DNA from: an uncultured bacterium
Lineage (GTDB): Bacteria; SAR324; NAC60-12
Length of the DNA: 37,329 nt
NCBI GenBank assembly: GCA_964010765.1
Contig: CAXGMD010000028.1
Location: forward strand, 1 to 37,329
Direction: 5' to 3'
In this document: one piece after another, positions 1 through 9,900 of the stretch
How positions within the stretch are numbered: position 1 is the first letter of the stretch
Layout: each line of letters begins with the position of its first letter
Made by a program: the position numbers and the translations under genes
The notes under the pieces: generated by a model
Database searches by the model: none
What the model was told of the DNA's origin: nothing
What the model saw: the letters and a program-made list of their open reading frames with translations, nothing else

Positions 1-1
1 G

Positions 2-979
2 AGGAATCATCTGATTTTGATTGCTTTCTTACCGGTGATCATTTTCAGTTGGGGTAGTTATGAATTACACCGAAGTAAAAACGTACCCTTCCAAGAATTA
101 CAAATTGGCTGGGTTCAACCTAATTTCACCTCGATTCCAAATGAGGAAAATCCTGTTTCAAAAAATCAGCTGCTAAGTCTTTTGAAACAAAGCACTGAAT
201 TGATTCAGACTGACCCAAACATTGAAGCAGTTTTCTGGCCCGAGGTCCCATTTCCACTATCTTGGGTGGATCAGGTGGAGCAAAGGCAACAGATCAGACA
301 AGCTGTGGTAAAGTGGCAGCGTCCTCTTTTCATGGTTTCCAGCACCGTTGATGATCCCAAAGTGATCCGGGGGGAGCAATTCGCTTATTACAATGTCGCC
401 CAAATGATTGGCTCAACCGGCATTGTGCGAGCCTCACAAACCAAGCAAAAGTTGGTACCTTTCGGTGAATATCTACCTGGGGAAGAGAGTTTCCCGTTCC
501 TGAGAGATTGGCTTCCAAATGCCCGTCGTTACCTGCCTGGTAGTGAACTCAACTTGCTGCCCTTGTCGGAAGGCAGTTCCATCTTGGCAGCCATCTGTTA
601 TGAGATTGGATTTGAATCAATACTCAAGCAAGCCCTAGAATCTAGGGTTCGTATTGTATGGAACCCCGTCAATGATGGCTGGTTTCCGTCCTCGATGGCG
701 GCTTGGCACCGAGCACTTGCTCAATTCAGCAGTGTAGAAATCGGGTTGCCACTAATTCGGGTTAGTAACTCTGGCTACACTGTAATCAGTGATGCCAGGG
801 GAGTTGTTCTGCAGACCGGAGAATGGGACCAATCAATTGCCAAAACAGTAAAAATTCCAGTCCCTGAGCAAGCCGGACCCTGGCTACACATTGCTGAAAT
901 TGCCCACTGGGTTTTGCTTGGTTGGATACTGCTTGACGTTGGACTAGGATTACTCCTGAGACGCAGTCAAGAAGATTGA
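2..979 (+). CDS. lnt: apolipoprotein N-acyltransferase, 5'-truncated by the window edge
   Basis: Frame is open from nt 2. Nitrilase-fold triad motifs FWPE, KQKLVPFGEYLP and ICYEIGF are present, plus VQPN, NDGWF and RVSNSGYT, and a C-terminal TM helix. Confidence 0.9.
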   Translation, partial: RNHLILIAFLPVIIFSWGSYELHRSKNVPFQELQIGWVQPNFTSIPNEENPVSKNQLLSLLKQSTELIQTDPNIEAVFWPEVPFPLSWVDQVEQRQQIRQAVVKWQRPLFMVSSTVDDPKVIRGEQFAYYNVAQMIGSTGIVRASQTKQKLVPFGEYLPGEESFPFLRDWLPNARRYLPGSELNLLPLSEGSSILAAICYEIGFESILKQALESRVRIVWNPVNDGWFPSSMAAWHRALAQFSSVEIGLPLIRVSNSGYTVISDARGVVLQTGEWDQSIAKTVKIPVPEQAGPWLHIAEIAHWVLLGWILLDVGLGLLLRRSQED

Positions 980-1156
980 CCCAATTCAGCTTCCTTGATT
1001 CATTTCTTGAAGAATCTCAGTATTTTTGTAGATTTTCAAAGTCATCTTTCTTCATTACTTTGAGTTTTGTTCGGGTTTCATTGACCTTCAGAGATTAAGT
1101 ACCAAAACCCAAATTGATTCATCATCATCACGATCCTCCTACATACTGAGGTAGCC

Positions 1157-2431
1157 TTGAATTGGAAGAATAACCCTGTAGAGAAAATAAAAGACTGGGA
1201 GTCAGAATTAGCTGATAACCATCAAAATTTCATCAAAGCCGGCCTGAAATTGGATCTAACTCGTGGGAAACCTGCGATTGAGCAGCTTGCTCTTACAGAT
1301 GGACTTGATGGAATCTTGCAGGGTAACTACTTGGCGTCTGATGGGACCGACACCCGCAATTATGGAGGGCTAACCGGCTTGCCTGAAGCACGAAATTTGG
1401 GAGCAGAATGGCTTGGGTTACCCCAAGAAGAAGTCATCGTGAGTGGTAATAGTTCACTTTCTTTGATGTACCAAGTGCTGCATGTTGGGGCTCATTATGG
1501 TTTTGGGGCCTCCCCTTGGCTACAGCAATCCACTCCCCCAGAATTCTTGGCGATCGTTCCGGGGTACGATCGACATTTTGCGATCTGCGAGAAGTTGGGA
1601 ATCAAAATGGTGAACATCCCGATGAAAGCGGATGGACCCGACATGGAGATGGTTGAAACCCAGGTGAGGCGTCCTCAAGTCAAAGGGCTTTGGTGCGTTC
1701 CAAAATATTCGAATCCAACCGGAAATATCTACAGCGCCGAAGTTGTAGACCGAATCGCACGCTTAGGGAATCAGGCAGCGTCAGATTTTCGGATAATGTG
1801 GGACAATGCGTACGCCGTACACGATCATCATGAAGACGCCCCCGAGCTAACAAACCTGATGGAGCTTTGTCGACTTCATGGCACACAGGACAGCGTCTTT
1901 CTAATCGGTTCTACTTCAAAAGTCACTTTGGCTGGGGCAGGGATTTCGTTTCTTGGTGGATCAAAAGCTAATATCGCACATTTCCTCGAGCAGATGGCCT
2001 ACTGGACAATCGGACCAGACAAAGTGAATCAATTGCGTCATGCTCGGTTGTTACCTGACCTGGCTGCAACCAAGAAACACATGCAGAAGCACGCCGAAAT
2101 TACACGACCGAAGTTTGAATTGGTCCTAAAAAAACTAGAAGAATCTTTTAGAGATCGGGAGATGGGTAGCTGGATTAGCCCAGAAGGGGGCTATTTTGTT
2201 TCCTTTGACTCGCTCCCAGGCCACGCAAAGGAAATTGTCAGACTTGCAGGGGAAGCTGGGGTAAAAATGACCCCAGCCGGCTCGACTTTTCCGTATGGGA
2301 TCGATCCTGAAGATAAAAACATCCGACTTTCACCGACCTTCCCGCCAATTGAGGATCTATCGAAGGCGATGGATATCTTTGTTAACTGTGTTCAGTTGGC
2401 GACTATTAGAAGGCACCTTGGAGAGCAGTAA
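1157..2431 (+). CDS. PLP-dependent class I/II aminotransferase, aspartate aminotransferase subgroup of the Corynebacterium/Mycobacterium Rv3722c type
   Basis: Motifs LDLTRGKP, VPGYDRHF, PKYSNPTG, WDNAY, STSKVT (PLP lysine) and IRLSPTFP. TTG start with GAGG upstream. Confidence 0.85.
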   Translation: MNWKNNPVEKIKDWESELADNHQNFIKAGLKLDLTRGKPAIEQLALTDGLDGILQGNYLASDGTDTRNYGGLTGLPEARNLGAEWLGLPQEEVIVSGNSSLSLMYQVLHVGAHYGFGASPWLQQSTPPEFLAIVPGYDRHFAICEKLGIKMVNIPMKADGPDMEMVETQVRRPQVKGLWCVPKYSNPTGNIYSAEVVDRIARLGNQAASDFRIMWDNAYAVHDHHEDAPELTNLMELCRLHGTQDSVFLIGSTSKVTLAGAGISFLGGSKANIAHFLEQMAYWTIGPDKVNQLRHARLLPDLAATKKHMQKHAEITRPKFELVLKKLEESFRDREMGSWISPEGGYFVSFDSLPGHAKEIVRLAGEAGVKMTPAGSTFPYGIDPEDKNIRLSPTFPPIEDLSKAMDIFVNCVQLATIRRHLGEQ

Positions 2432-2508
2432 TTTTGGAATCCTCATCAACTCCCTGAACGAGAGCTACGAAAGAAAGGCTTTTTGAGATGGATTGGCCAA
2501 GCTGATCG

Positions 2509-3486
2509 TCAACCTGGCTTATATTCTCGATTGGCCTCTGGATCTTCCATTGAGAAATTTAGATTCTCTATCTCTGTCCAAAGACTATCTGGTAACTCAA
2601 CATTCGCCCAATCAATTGTCTGCTGAACTCTGGATGGCTTGGTTACACCAGCAACCGTTGAGGTTATTCGGGGATCTCTCGTCGAAAATTGTAAAGCAAG
2701 TGCACCTGGTGGAACTTGGTATTTTGTGCAGATCGCCTCAATGGCCTTAACCGGTTCTAAAGACTCTGCTGTAGCATCTTGATAGGCAATTCTCGGCATT
2801 ACAGAACTACCTTTAGCCAGAACTCCTGAAGCGTATGGCGCTGCATTTAGAATAGCAATGCCTCGTTCATGAGCTTTTGTGAATACCCTGTCTGCTGATT
2901 TATTAATTACATTCCATCGGTTGTGATTCATCAGCGCATCGAAAGGCCAATCCCACAGAAAGGATTCCATCACATCTAGTCTCCCCATCGCCAATCCGAC
3001 GGCCTCAGCCAACCCCTCTTCCTTGATTTTGAACAACTCATCGAGCGCACCACCCTGACAAGTTATTTCCTTCAAGTCGCGTGCGTGCTCAGGATCATGA
3101 AGGTGAAGAATTTGAACTTTTTCTAATCCAAGTCTAGTTAGACTTTCTTCCAAAGATCGCCTGGTACGACTGGCGTCAAAAGTACCACTTTCCATATCAC
3201 GATCTACTTTTGTCGATATTACGAATCCATCTGGCAAACCACCTCTCTCCCTCAAAGCATCACCAATTCTTGCTTCAGAGCGCCCAAATCCATAGTTGTT
3301 GGAAGTATCGAGGAAATTTATTGGACCATCAAAAATAGCATTGAGGGTTTCTCGTGCTCGTTTTTCATCCACCTCATAGCCATAGGTATCCGGCATATTC
3401 CCCAATCCGGAAGTTCCAAAACACAAAGGGGATACCATCAGATCAGTTTTTCCGATTCTTTTCTTTTCTAGGATTTGCTCTGTCAA
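2509..3486 (-). CDS. aldo/keto reductase, D-threo-aldose 1-dehydrogenase-like subfamily
   Basis: AKR motifs GTSGLGN, DTSNNYG (Asp/Tyr), STKV (Lys) and LHLHDPE (His). TTG start with AAGGG upstream. Confidence 0.8.
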   Translation of the reverse strand: MTEQILEKKRIGKTDLMVSPLCFGTSGLGNMPDTYGYEVDEKRARETLNAIFDGPINFLDTSNNYGFGRSEARIGDALRERGGLPDGFVISTKVDRDMESGTFDASRTRRSLEESLTRLGLEKVQILHLHDPEHARDLKEITCQGGALDELFKIKEEGLAEAVGLAMGRLDVMESFLWDWPFDALMNHNRWNVINKSADRVFTKAHERGIAILNAAPYASGVLAKGSSVMPRIAYQDATAESLEPVKAIEAICTKYQVPPGALALQFSTRDPRITSTVAGVTKPSRVQQTIDWANVELPDSLWTEIENLNFSMEDPEANREYKPG

Positions 3487-3865
3487 AATAGTCCCTTATC
3501 AAAATATTTTTAGTGACAGGAACTAGGTCCTTGTTTTGGCAAGTGAGGAACGCTTATTTGCAAGCGTTGATCAGTTAGCAGAGAGTCTTGTGAGAGCTCA
3601 TATCTGCTTAAAGATTGATCACCAGGTAAGTACCTTTGGTTCTTTCTTCCATCATCGAAATCAAAGGTACCGGAGACACTTAACATTATTATGTAATCTT
3701 CTGCCTATTTTATTTTACGTTTGATCGTGTTTCAGTTTCACTAAGAGATTAAGAAGATTTCGGATAGAACTCTCAAAGAAACTAGACCAGAGGAAGTAAT
3801 TGGATTAATCACTTGGCATTTAAAACTGCATAAATTTTCTTCAATTATCTATTGAATTCAAATAA

Positions 3866-4669
3866 CTACGCTGGATGAGGAGGACTGTCATAGCAACCCA
3901 AAACAGACTGATCGAAATCTACAACAGATCCAGTCATCATTCCTGAATCGGTGGAAGCCAAGAAGAGTACTGCACGTGCTACCTCATCCGTTTTGAGCAA
4001 CCGCCCAAAGGGTTGATCTACTTCTGCCTTAGCCAACCAATCTGCCTCAGCAAGATGATATTCTTTTTGGATTCTATCTTCTCCAGGAGTATCCATCCAA
4101 CCAATATTCAGTGCGTTTACTCGAATCTTATTTTTCATCAGGCTAAATGCAGAGTTTTTGGTGACGATGGAAAGCGCGCCTTTTGCAGCGCAATAAGCTG
4201 CGATAAAGGGTTGGCCTCCATGTGCTGACATACTCTGTATATTGACAATTGCTCCCTCAATCTTTTCACGGATCATGATCTTGGCAGCTTCTTGAATTAG
4301 AAAGAAGGGAGCCCTCGTGTTGATTGCAAACATGCGATCAAATAGCTCTTCGGAGGTATCTAGAATGGTTCCCCGATCTGTGATTGCCGCACTATTCACC
4401 AGAATATCAACTTTGCCAAAAGCTTGATCTGCTTTTCGAATCACTTTTCTACAATCTTCCACGCTTGATAAATCTGCCTGCACGAATTCTGTTGGCGTTC
4501 CCTGTCCTTTCAAAATTTCAGCGGACTTCTCACCATTTTGTGCATTCCTTCCACAAATCACCAAACCAGCGGCGTTTTGCTCGGCAAAGAGTTGGGCTAT
4601 TGCTAATCCAAGACCTTGAGTGGAACCAGTAACAACAGCGACTTTTCCATTTAGACTTTGTGAGGCCAT
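3866..4669 (-). CDS. classical short-chain dehydrogenase/reductase (resembles PRK06198 family)
   Basis: Motifs [21 protein letters not shown] and YCAAK. Start moved to ATG 4669 ([10 protein letters not shown]), where the SDR fold begins. Confidence 0.85.
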   Translation of the reverse strand: MASQSLNGKVAVVTGSTQGLGLAIAQLFAEQNAAGLVICGRNAQNGEKSAEILKGQGTPTEFVQADLSSVEDCRKVIRKADQAFGKVDILVNSAAITDRGTILDTSEELFDRMFAINTRAPFFLIQEAAKIMIREKIEGAIVNIQSMSAHGGQPFIAAYCAAKGALSIVTKNSAFSLMKNKIRVNALNIGWMDTPGEDRIQKEYHLAEADWLAKAEVDQPFGRLLKTDEVARAVLFLASTDSGMMTGSVVDFDQSVLGCYDSPPHPA

Positions 4670-4758
4670 TTTGAATTTCGGGCTGGAGGGAAGACTGCAC
4701 AGGATCAGGGATCCCATGCAGCAAAGGAAAGGGAAAATTAATGACTAAAAACTAGCCA

Positions 4759-5763
4759 TCAACCCCCACCGGAGAGACAGCTCCAAGCAGCCTCAAATGG
4801 GCAAACATCAAGACCTGTGTAGATAGGATCCTCAACAGCTTTGCCGTCAGCTAGGTCCTTGAGAACGTACATAGCTCTGTATCCCATCATGTAAGGCTGT
4901 TGCCCGACCAGACCATGCGTAAGACCATCCTTCAAGATTTCCATCTGCATTGGTAAAGTATCGGCAACAACTACAGCTGTTTGCTTAGTGCGTATTCTCT
5001 CCTGATTTTCTCCTGCCACTCGTCTGAATGCCTTAGGTACAAAGTGAGGGAAGCCACCGGTTGGCACGTAAGCAGTTAGGTCTGGATACTTAATGAAAAT
5101 ATCCGCCATTTGCTGCACTGAAAGTGGGAAATCGTCATTTGTGTAAAGTGGACAACCATCTGGTTCAGTCCAGCCATTTTGACCTGTTAATCGATTGCCA
5201 GGAGGTGTTGTTCCAGACGTACCTGCTAGTGTATCACGGATACCCTGCATACGCTCGTTGTGGTTAGCAGCTGATGCTCCACCAGATTGAATACAAATTG
5301 ATCCACCTTGTGGCTTCAAATTACGTGTCAGCCTTGCCAAGTTGACTCCGATATCATAATTGTTGGTACCAACATAAGCAGTTCGCAACTCCTTATCTTT
5401 GGCCAACAAATCAGAGTCCCAAGTGATCACGTTGATTCCCGCTTCTTTCGCTCGCTTGAGAGCCTTCCCCATTGCTGGTGCATTAGAAGGTGCTACAGCA
5501 ATTCCATCTACCTTCCGCGAAATCAAGTCTTGTACAATTTGGATCTGCTCTTGTTCAGTGTGCTCGCCAGGGCCAATGTACAGACATTCAATACCTTCGA
5601 TTTCACCCTCAGCTTTTTTGCAGCCATCTCGGGCCAGATCAAAAAAGGGATTATTCATCGCCTTAGGTACAAGAGCAAAAGTCAGTTTTGCATGTCCACC
5701 AGCGAAAGCCATCGTGGTTAAGCTGAACGGTAGCAACAAAGCTCCGAGTAAAAACTTTTTCAT
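4759..5763 (-). CDS. sugar/cyclitol ABC transporter periplasmic binding protein (RbsB-like)
   Basis: Signal peptide MKKFLLGALLLPF...AFA; motifs VPKAMNNPFF, TWDSD, YVGTNNY and VGQQPYMMG. AGGAG RBS before ATG 5763. Confidence 0.88.
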   Translation of the reverse strand: MKKFLLGALLLPFSLTTMAFAGGHAKLTFALVPKAMNNPFFDLARDGCKKAEGEIEGIECLYIGPGEHTEQEQIQIVQDLISRKVDGIAVAPSNAPAMGKALKRAKEAGINVITWDSDLLAKDKELRTAYVGTNNYDIGVNLARLTRNLKPQGGSICIQSGGASAANHNERMQGIRDTLAGTSGTTPPGNRLTGQNGWTEPDGCPLYTNDDFPLSVQQMADIFIKYPDLTAYVPTGGFPHFVPKAFRRVAGENQERIRTKQTAVVVADTLPMQMEILKDGLTHGLVGQQPYMMGYRAMYVLKDLADGKAVEDPIYTGLDVCPFEAAWSCLSGGG

Positions 5764-5850
5764 ATAAATTCTCCTGTTATGAAAAAAACTAACCGTCAGT
5801 AAATAATCGCGCACTCTGTTGTGTTCAATAGGCAGACTCCTTAAATTTGG

Positions 5851-6864
5851 TTAACTGGATTGGTGGCTTCGGATTCTTTCCAATGCTACCGCGAAGATGA
5901 TGAACAGGCCAACAAAAGTCCCCTGCCAATAGGGATCCACCCCTGCCATCAACAAACCGTTTCTAATAAGTTCTACTAAAAAAGAACCAATCAATGCCCC
6001 ATAAGCAGAGCCAACTCCTCCCATCAAATCAGCACCTCCAATAACCGCAGAAGCAATAACTCTCAGCTCATAAATCATTCCTAGAGCGTTGGTAACAGAG
6101 CCCATCCAGCCAACAATCATTATAGCTGACATTCCTGCTGTCAGACTGCAGAAAAGATATGCAGACATTTTCACAGCTTTCACAGGAACTCCTGTCATAG
6201 TTGCTGCATTCTCGTTACTACCTATAGCATATAAATGTCGGCCCCAGGCGGTATAATTGAGCATGAATCCTAAAAATATTGTTAAAATCAACATTAAGAC
6301 TAATGAATTAGCAATACCAAAGTAGCTCCCTCCACCAATACTTACAAATAAGTCTTCATCAGGCCCAAACTCATAAAACATTTTATTATTGGAAACTACT
6401 AAAGCCAAACTTCGACAAATACTTAGCATTCCAAGAGTTACAACAAAGGGAGACAAACCGACATAACTAATAAGAAACCCATTAACAAGTCCACAAGCTA
6501 AAGCAGTTAATAATCCGGCTGCAATTCCGGCTTCGACTCCATAGCCACTAGATAAAGTTAGTCCGGTAGCGATCCCTGATAAACCCATAACTGAACCCAC
6601 AGAAAGATCAATACCAGCAGTAATAATTACAGCTGTCATACCAATAGCAATAATACCGATAAATGAAAAATTTAGAGCAACATTATTAAAGTTTTGAGCG
6701 GTAAAAAAAACTTGTTCTCCACGTGAATCTGTCCCAGCCCAAGATAGCACCACACACAGACCAATTGCAGCAATAGTTACCCAAAATGGCTGTGAGCGAT
6801 AGAGCTGTTGCCAAACTGAATGTGTTTGAGAATCAATAGCTTTTGTAAGGCTTGAGTCGGTCAT
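5851..6864 (-). CDS. sugar ABC transporter permease (RbsC/BPD_transp_2)
   Basis: Multiple TM helices; motifs GIDLSVGS, PFVVTLG, GRHLYAIGSNENAA and VIASAVIGG. Confidence 0.9.
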   Translation of the reverse strand: MTDSSLTKAIDSQTHSVWQQLYRSQPFWVTIAAIGLCVVLSWAGTDSRGEQVFFTAQNFNNVALNFSFIGIIAIGMTAVIITAGIDLSVGSVMGLSGIATGLTLSSGYGVEAGIAAGLLTALACGLVNGFLISYVGLSPFVVTLGMLSICRSLALVVSNNKMFYEFGPDEDLFVSIGGGSYFGIANSLVLMLILTIFLGFMLNYTAWGRHLYAIGSNENAATMTGVPVKAVKMSAYLFCSLTAGMSAIMIVGWMGSVTNALGMIYELRVIASAVIGGADLMGGVGSAYGALIGSFLVELIRNGLLMAGVDPYWQGTFVGLFIIFAVALERIRSHQSS

Positions 6865-6880
6865 TAAATTACCTTTTCTG

Positions 6881-7654
6881 TTAAGCGCTTTCTAGGGCAC
6901 CAGTAATTAATCCTGTAACTTCATCCTGAGAGGTTTCTGATATATGCTTATCAGCAACCTTCTCTCCTCTTCGTAACACAACTACCCGATCACAGACCGT
7001 AAATATGTCTGGCATCCTATGACTAATTAGGAGAACCCCAACACCTTGTGACTGAAGACGCTTGATCAATCCTAAGACTTCACTGACCTGGCGGACCGAA
7101 ATTGCAGCTGTGGGTTCATCCATCAATACAAGTTCTGGCGAAGATAGTTGAGTGCGTGCGATCGCAACCGCTTGTCTTTGACCACCAGACATTTGCTTCA
7201 CTAAGTCGCGTGGGCGTGTCTCAGATTTCAGCATTGCGAAAATTTCGCCTGCCTTGGAAAGCATAAACTTGTTGTCTAAAATTCTTAATGGCCCCAACCA
7301 TTTTTTCTTTTCTCTTCCCAAAAAAACATTGTGGGCAGCGGTGAGGTGATCACACAACGCTAAATCCTGATAAACAACCTCAATTCCATGTGTTCTGGCA
7401 TCGACTGGCCGATTGAACTGTTGAGGGTGCCCTTCTAAGTACATCTCACCGCTGGTAGGTTGATAGTTACCGGACAAAATCTTGATCAATGTAGATTTAC
7501 CAGCACCGTTATCTCCCATCAGCCCGACCACCTCACCTGCAAACAGTTGCATGTTAATCCCCTTGAGAGCTTCAATGGCCCCGAAGGATTTGCTGATATT
7601 TCGCAGGTCTAAAAAAACTGACTTTGATTGGTTCTCCTGCGAGCAACTATTCAT
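6881..7654 (-). CDS. sugar ABC transporter ATP-binding protein (single NBD)
   Basis: Walker A GDNGAGKST, signature MSGGQRQ, Walker B VLMDEP and H-loop ISH. ATGA overlap with the iolG stop codon. Confidence 0.92.
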   Translation of the reverse strand: MNSCSQENQSKSVFLDLRNISKSFGAIEALKGINMQLFAGEVVGLMGDNGAGKSTLIKILSGNYQPTSGEMYLEGHPQQFNRPVDARTHGIEVVYQDLALCDHLTAAHNVFLGREKKKWLGPLRILDNKFMLSKAGEIFAMLKSETRPRDLVKQMSGGQRQAVAIARTQLSSPELVLMDEPTAAISVRQVSEVLGLIKRLQSQGVGVLLISHRMPDIFTVCDRVVVLRRGEKVADKHISETSQDEVTGLITGALESA

Positions 7655-8673
7655 GATGCCCTCTCCAGAGGATTTTCATAATTCACTGTAACTACATTTC
7701 CAGTTTCCACGGAGCGGTAAGCTGCATTCGCCAGAATCAACGCACGGCGACCATCCTCAAAAGAAACTTTGGATTCTGAGCCTGCTTCCAGAGTATCCAT
7801 AAAGCTCTCTAGCTGTTTCAGGTAGGCCTGTCGATAACGCTCAATGAAGAAGAATTCGCAAGCGTCTCGCCAATGAGACCCCTTAGCATTGAAACGCTCA
7901 ACGCTTGTAGGTTGCCGGTTTTCAGAGCGTAGCATTCCTTGGCTACCATGTGCTTCCAGGCGTTGGTCATATCCATAGGTTGCATGGCGAGAATTGTTGA
8001 TATGACAGAGCTTTCCGGAGGCAGTTTTCATTAGGATCATCGCGGAATCAATCTCACCAATTTCTTTGGCAACTGTATCGAAGAGATTACTGGTAAATGC
8101 AGTAACCTGCGTGACCTCTTCACCCAAGGCGAAGCGTGCCAGGTCAAAATCATGGATTGTCATGTCTCTCAGCATTCCACCCGCAGCCAGGTAGTAGGCT
8201 TTAGGCGGAGGTTCTGGATCTCGACTGCTAATGATCACTTGCTCTAAGTCTCCAATCTCCCCGTTTCGAACTGCACTGACCAACTGCCCATGTCCGGGGT
8301 CAAATCTGCGATTAAAGCCAATCTGAATCAGACTCTTTGCACTACTGATTTGCTTGCTGCACTCTTCGACCTTGGCAATATCCAAATCGATGGGTTTCTC
8401 GCACAGCACCGCTTTGCCAGACTGAACTGAACGGACGATAAAGTCTGCATGTGTGGGTGTTGATGAGGCCACAAACACGGCGTCCACGTCTGCATCATTA
8501 AAAATTTCATCTAGATCTCGAGCGACCTTGGCACCGGTTTTCGCCCCCACAGCTTCACTGGATGGAGCATGAACATCATAGATCCAATTCAAGCTGCACC
8601 TATCATGAGCTACGATGTTGGCAGCGTGCATTTGGCCAATACGACCAGCGCCAATCAGAGCAAAGCGAATCAT
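7651..8673 (-). CDS. iolG: myo-inositol 2-dehydrogenase
   Basis: Motifs GAGRIG, CEKP, GFNRRFDP, SRDP, DMTIHDFD and YGYDQRLE; lies in the iol cluster; AGGAG RBS. Confidence 0.9.
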   Translation of the reverse strand: MIRFALIGAGRIGQMHAANIVAHDRCSLNWIYDVHAPSSEAVGAKTGAKVARDLDEIFNDADVDAVFVASSTPTHADFIVRSVQSGKAVLCEKPIDLDIAKVEECSKQISSAKSLIQIGFNRRFDPGHGQLVSAVRNGEIGDLEQVIISSRDPEPPPKAYYLAAGGMLRDMTIHDFDLARFALGEEVTQVTAFTSNLFDTVAKEIGEIDSAMILMKTASGKLCHINNSRHATYGYDQRLEAHGSQGMLRSENRQPTSVERFNAKGSHWRDACEFFFIERYRQAYLKQLESFMDTLEAGSESKVSFEDGRRALILANAAYRSVETGNVVTVNYENPLERAS

Positions 8674-8732
8674 TTTTCTCCTACTTCCACGAGTTGATTA
8701 AACCCCCTTTTCAGGGATGAGATAGCAAAGAA

Positions 8733-9839
8733 TTATTGTATTTCTTCAATCAGTACCCGGCGGCCTTCCTGATGACTCAACAATGCTGCATCGAGGATAC
8801 GCTGCACATCGGTCCCCACAGCAAAATCAGGACGGACTGCTTGCCCTGTACGAACTCCCTCGATGAAGTCACCGATCATATGTCCATCCTGCCGAAAAAC
8901 ATCTCGATAGGTATTGTGGACGGTATCCCTGCGGGCCTTGCCCCAAATATCATCCGGAATTGGAAGCTCGTGGGGTAATCCCTCACCAACCTGTGCCCCA
9001 TGAACCCGCTGGATCTTATCCCAATCTGTGACCGAGTAAAGGGTTCCCTCTGAACCATGAAACTCCATGTGGTGGGTTTGACCAAATGGGGAATCTTCAT
9101 AGCAGATCGTCGTCGCATGAATCATCCCTTGAGCGCCATTGGCAAACTCAAGCATGACCATTGCGGTGTCATCGGTATGAGTGAATGGTTTCCCATCTGG
9201 GGTTGTGTCGGGTCGATCAATTGGTGAACCTAGACGACAACTCAATGCACTGACAGAACCCATCATCCATTGAGCTAGGTAGATGAAATGAGAGCCAATG
9301 TCTCCCAAAGCGCCTGATCCCGCCTCTGCAGCGTTTAGACGCCAAGTATACTCTGTTTTTCTGCGGTAGCCTGTGTAGTAGCGAAGATTGCAGTGATAGG
9401 GTTTACCGATATACCCTTGATCAATCAACCGCTTAAGATAGCGAGCCGTCGGCATGAACGAATAAGTGAAAGGTACGAGATTGACTAGCTTGGTTTTCTG
9501 CGCAAGTTTGGTCATCTCAAGCGCTTCCGCATAGTTGAGACCCAGTGGTTTTTCACAAAGAACAGGGATCCCTCTTTCCAATGCAGCTACCGTGAAGGGA
9601 GCATGAGTGTCGTTACCTGTCGAAACGATCAAAGCGTCCAACTCGGCCTGATCCAGCATTTTTTTGAAGTCGACAAAGTGCTGGGAAATTTTCCATTTTT
9701 GCGCAAAAGCCTCAGCCCGCTGAGGATTCCGTCCGCAAGCTGCGACAACTTCTACATGAGGATTTCCCCCCAAAGCAGGCAAGTACATTGCGTCTGCCCA
9801 CCAACTTGTTCCTGCAATTCCGACTCTGATCTTACTCAT
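8733..9839 (-). CDS. Gfo/Idh/MocA family oxidoreductase, substrate unknown
   Basis: Motifs CEKPLG and GSGALGDIGSH (D-x3-H); atypical dinucleotide-binding loop GIAGTSWWA. Confidence 0.82.
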   Translation of the reverse strand: MSKIRVGIAGTSWWADAMYLPALGGNPHVEVVAACGRNPQRAEAFAQKWKISQHFVDFKKMLDQAELDALIVSTGNDTHAPFTVAALERGIPVLCEKPLGLNYAEALEMTKLAQKTKLVNLVPFTYSFMPTARYLKRLIDQGYIGKPYHCNLRYYTGYRRKTEYTWRLNAAEAGSGALGDIGSHFIYLAQWMMGSVSALSCRLGSPIDRPDTTPDGKPFTHTDDTAMVMLEFANGAQGMIHATTICYEDSPFGQTHHMEFHGSEGTLYSVTDWDKIQRVHGAQVGEGLPHELPIPDDIWGKARRDTVHNTYRDVFRQDGHMIGDFIEGVRTGQAVRPDFAVGTDVQRILDAALLSHQEGRRVLIEEIQ

Positions 9840-9900
9840 CTCTCTTAGTCATCAATGTTGTAAATGGATTATTTAAGAGGCCTTACTCCACCGACTAAAT

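Noticed and set aside
3536..3724. 62-aa intergenic ORF
   Set aside because: TTG start, no clear RBS, no recognisable motif, and opposite to the flanking genes.
6703..6710. A8 homopolymer (also 11639-11646) as a phase-variation tract
   Set aside because: Short runs in AT-rich sequence; reading frames are intact.
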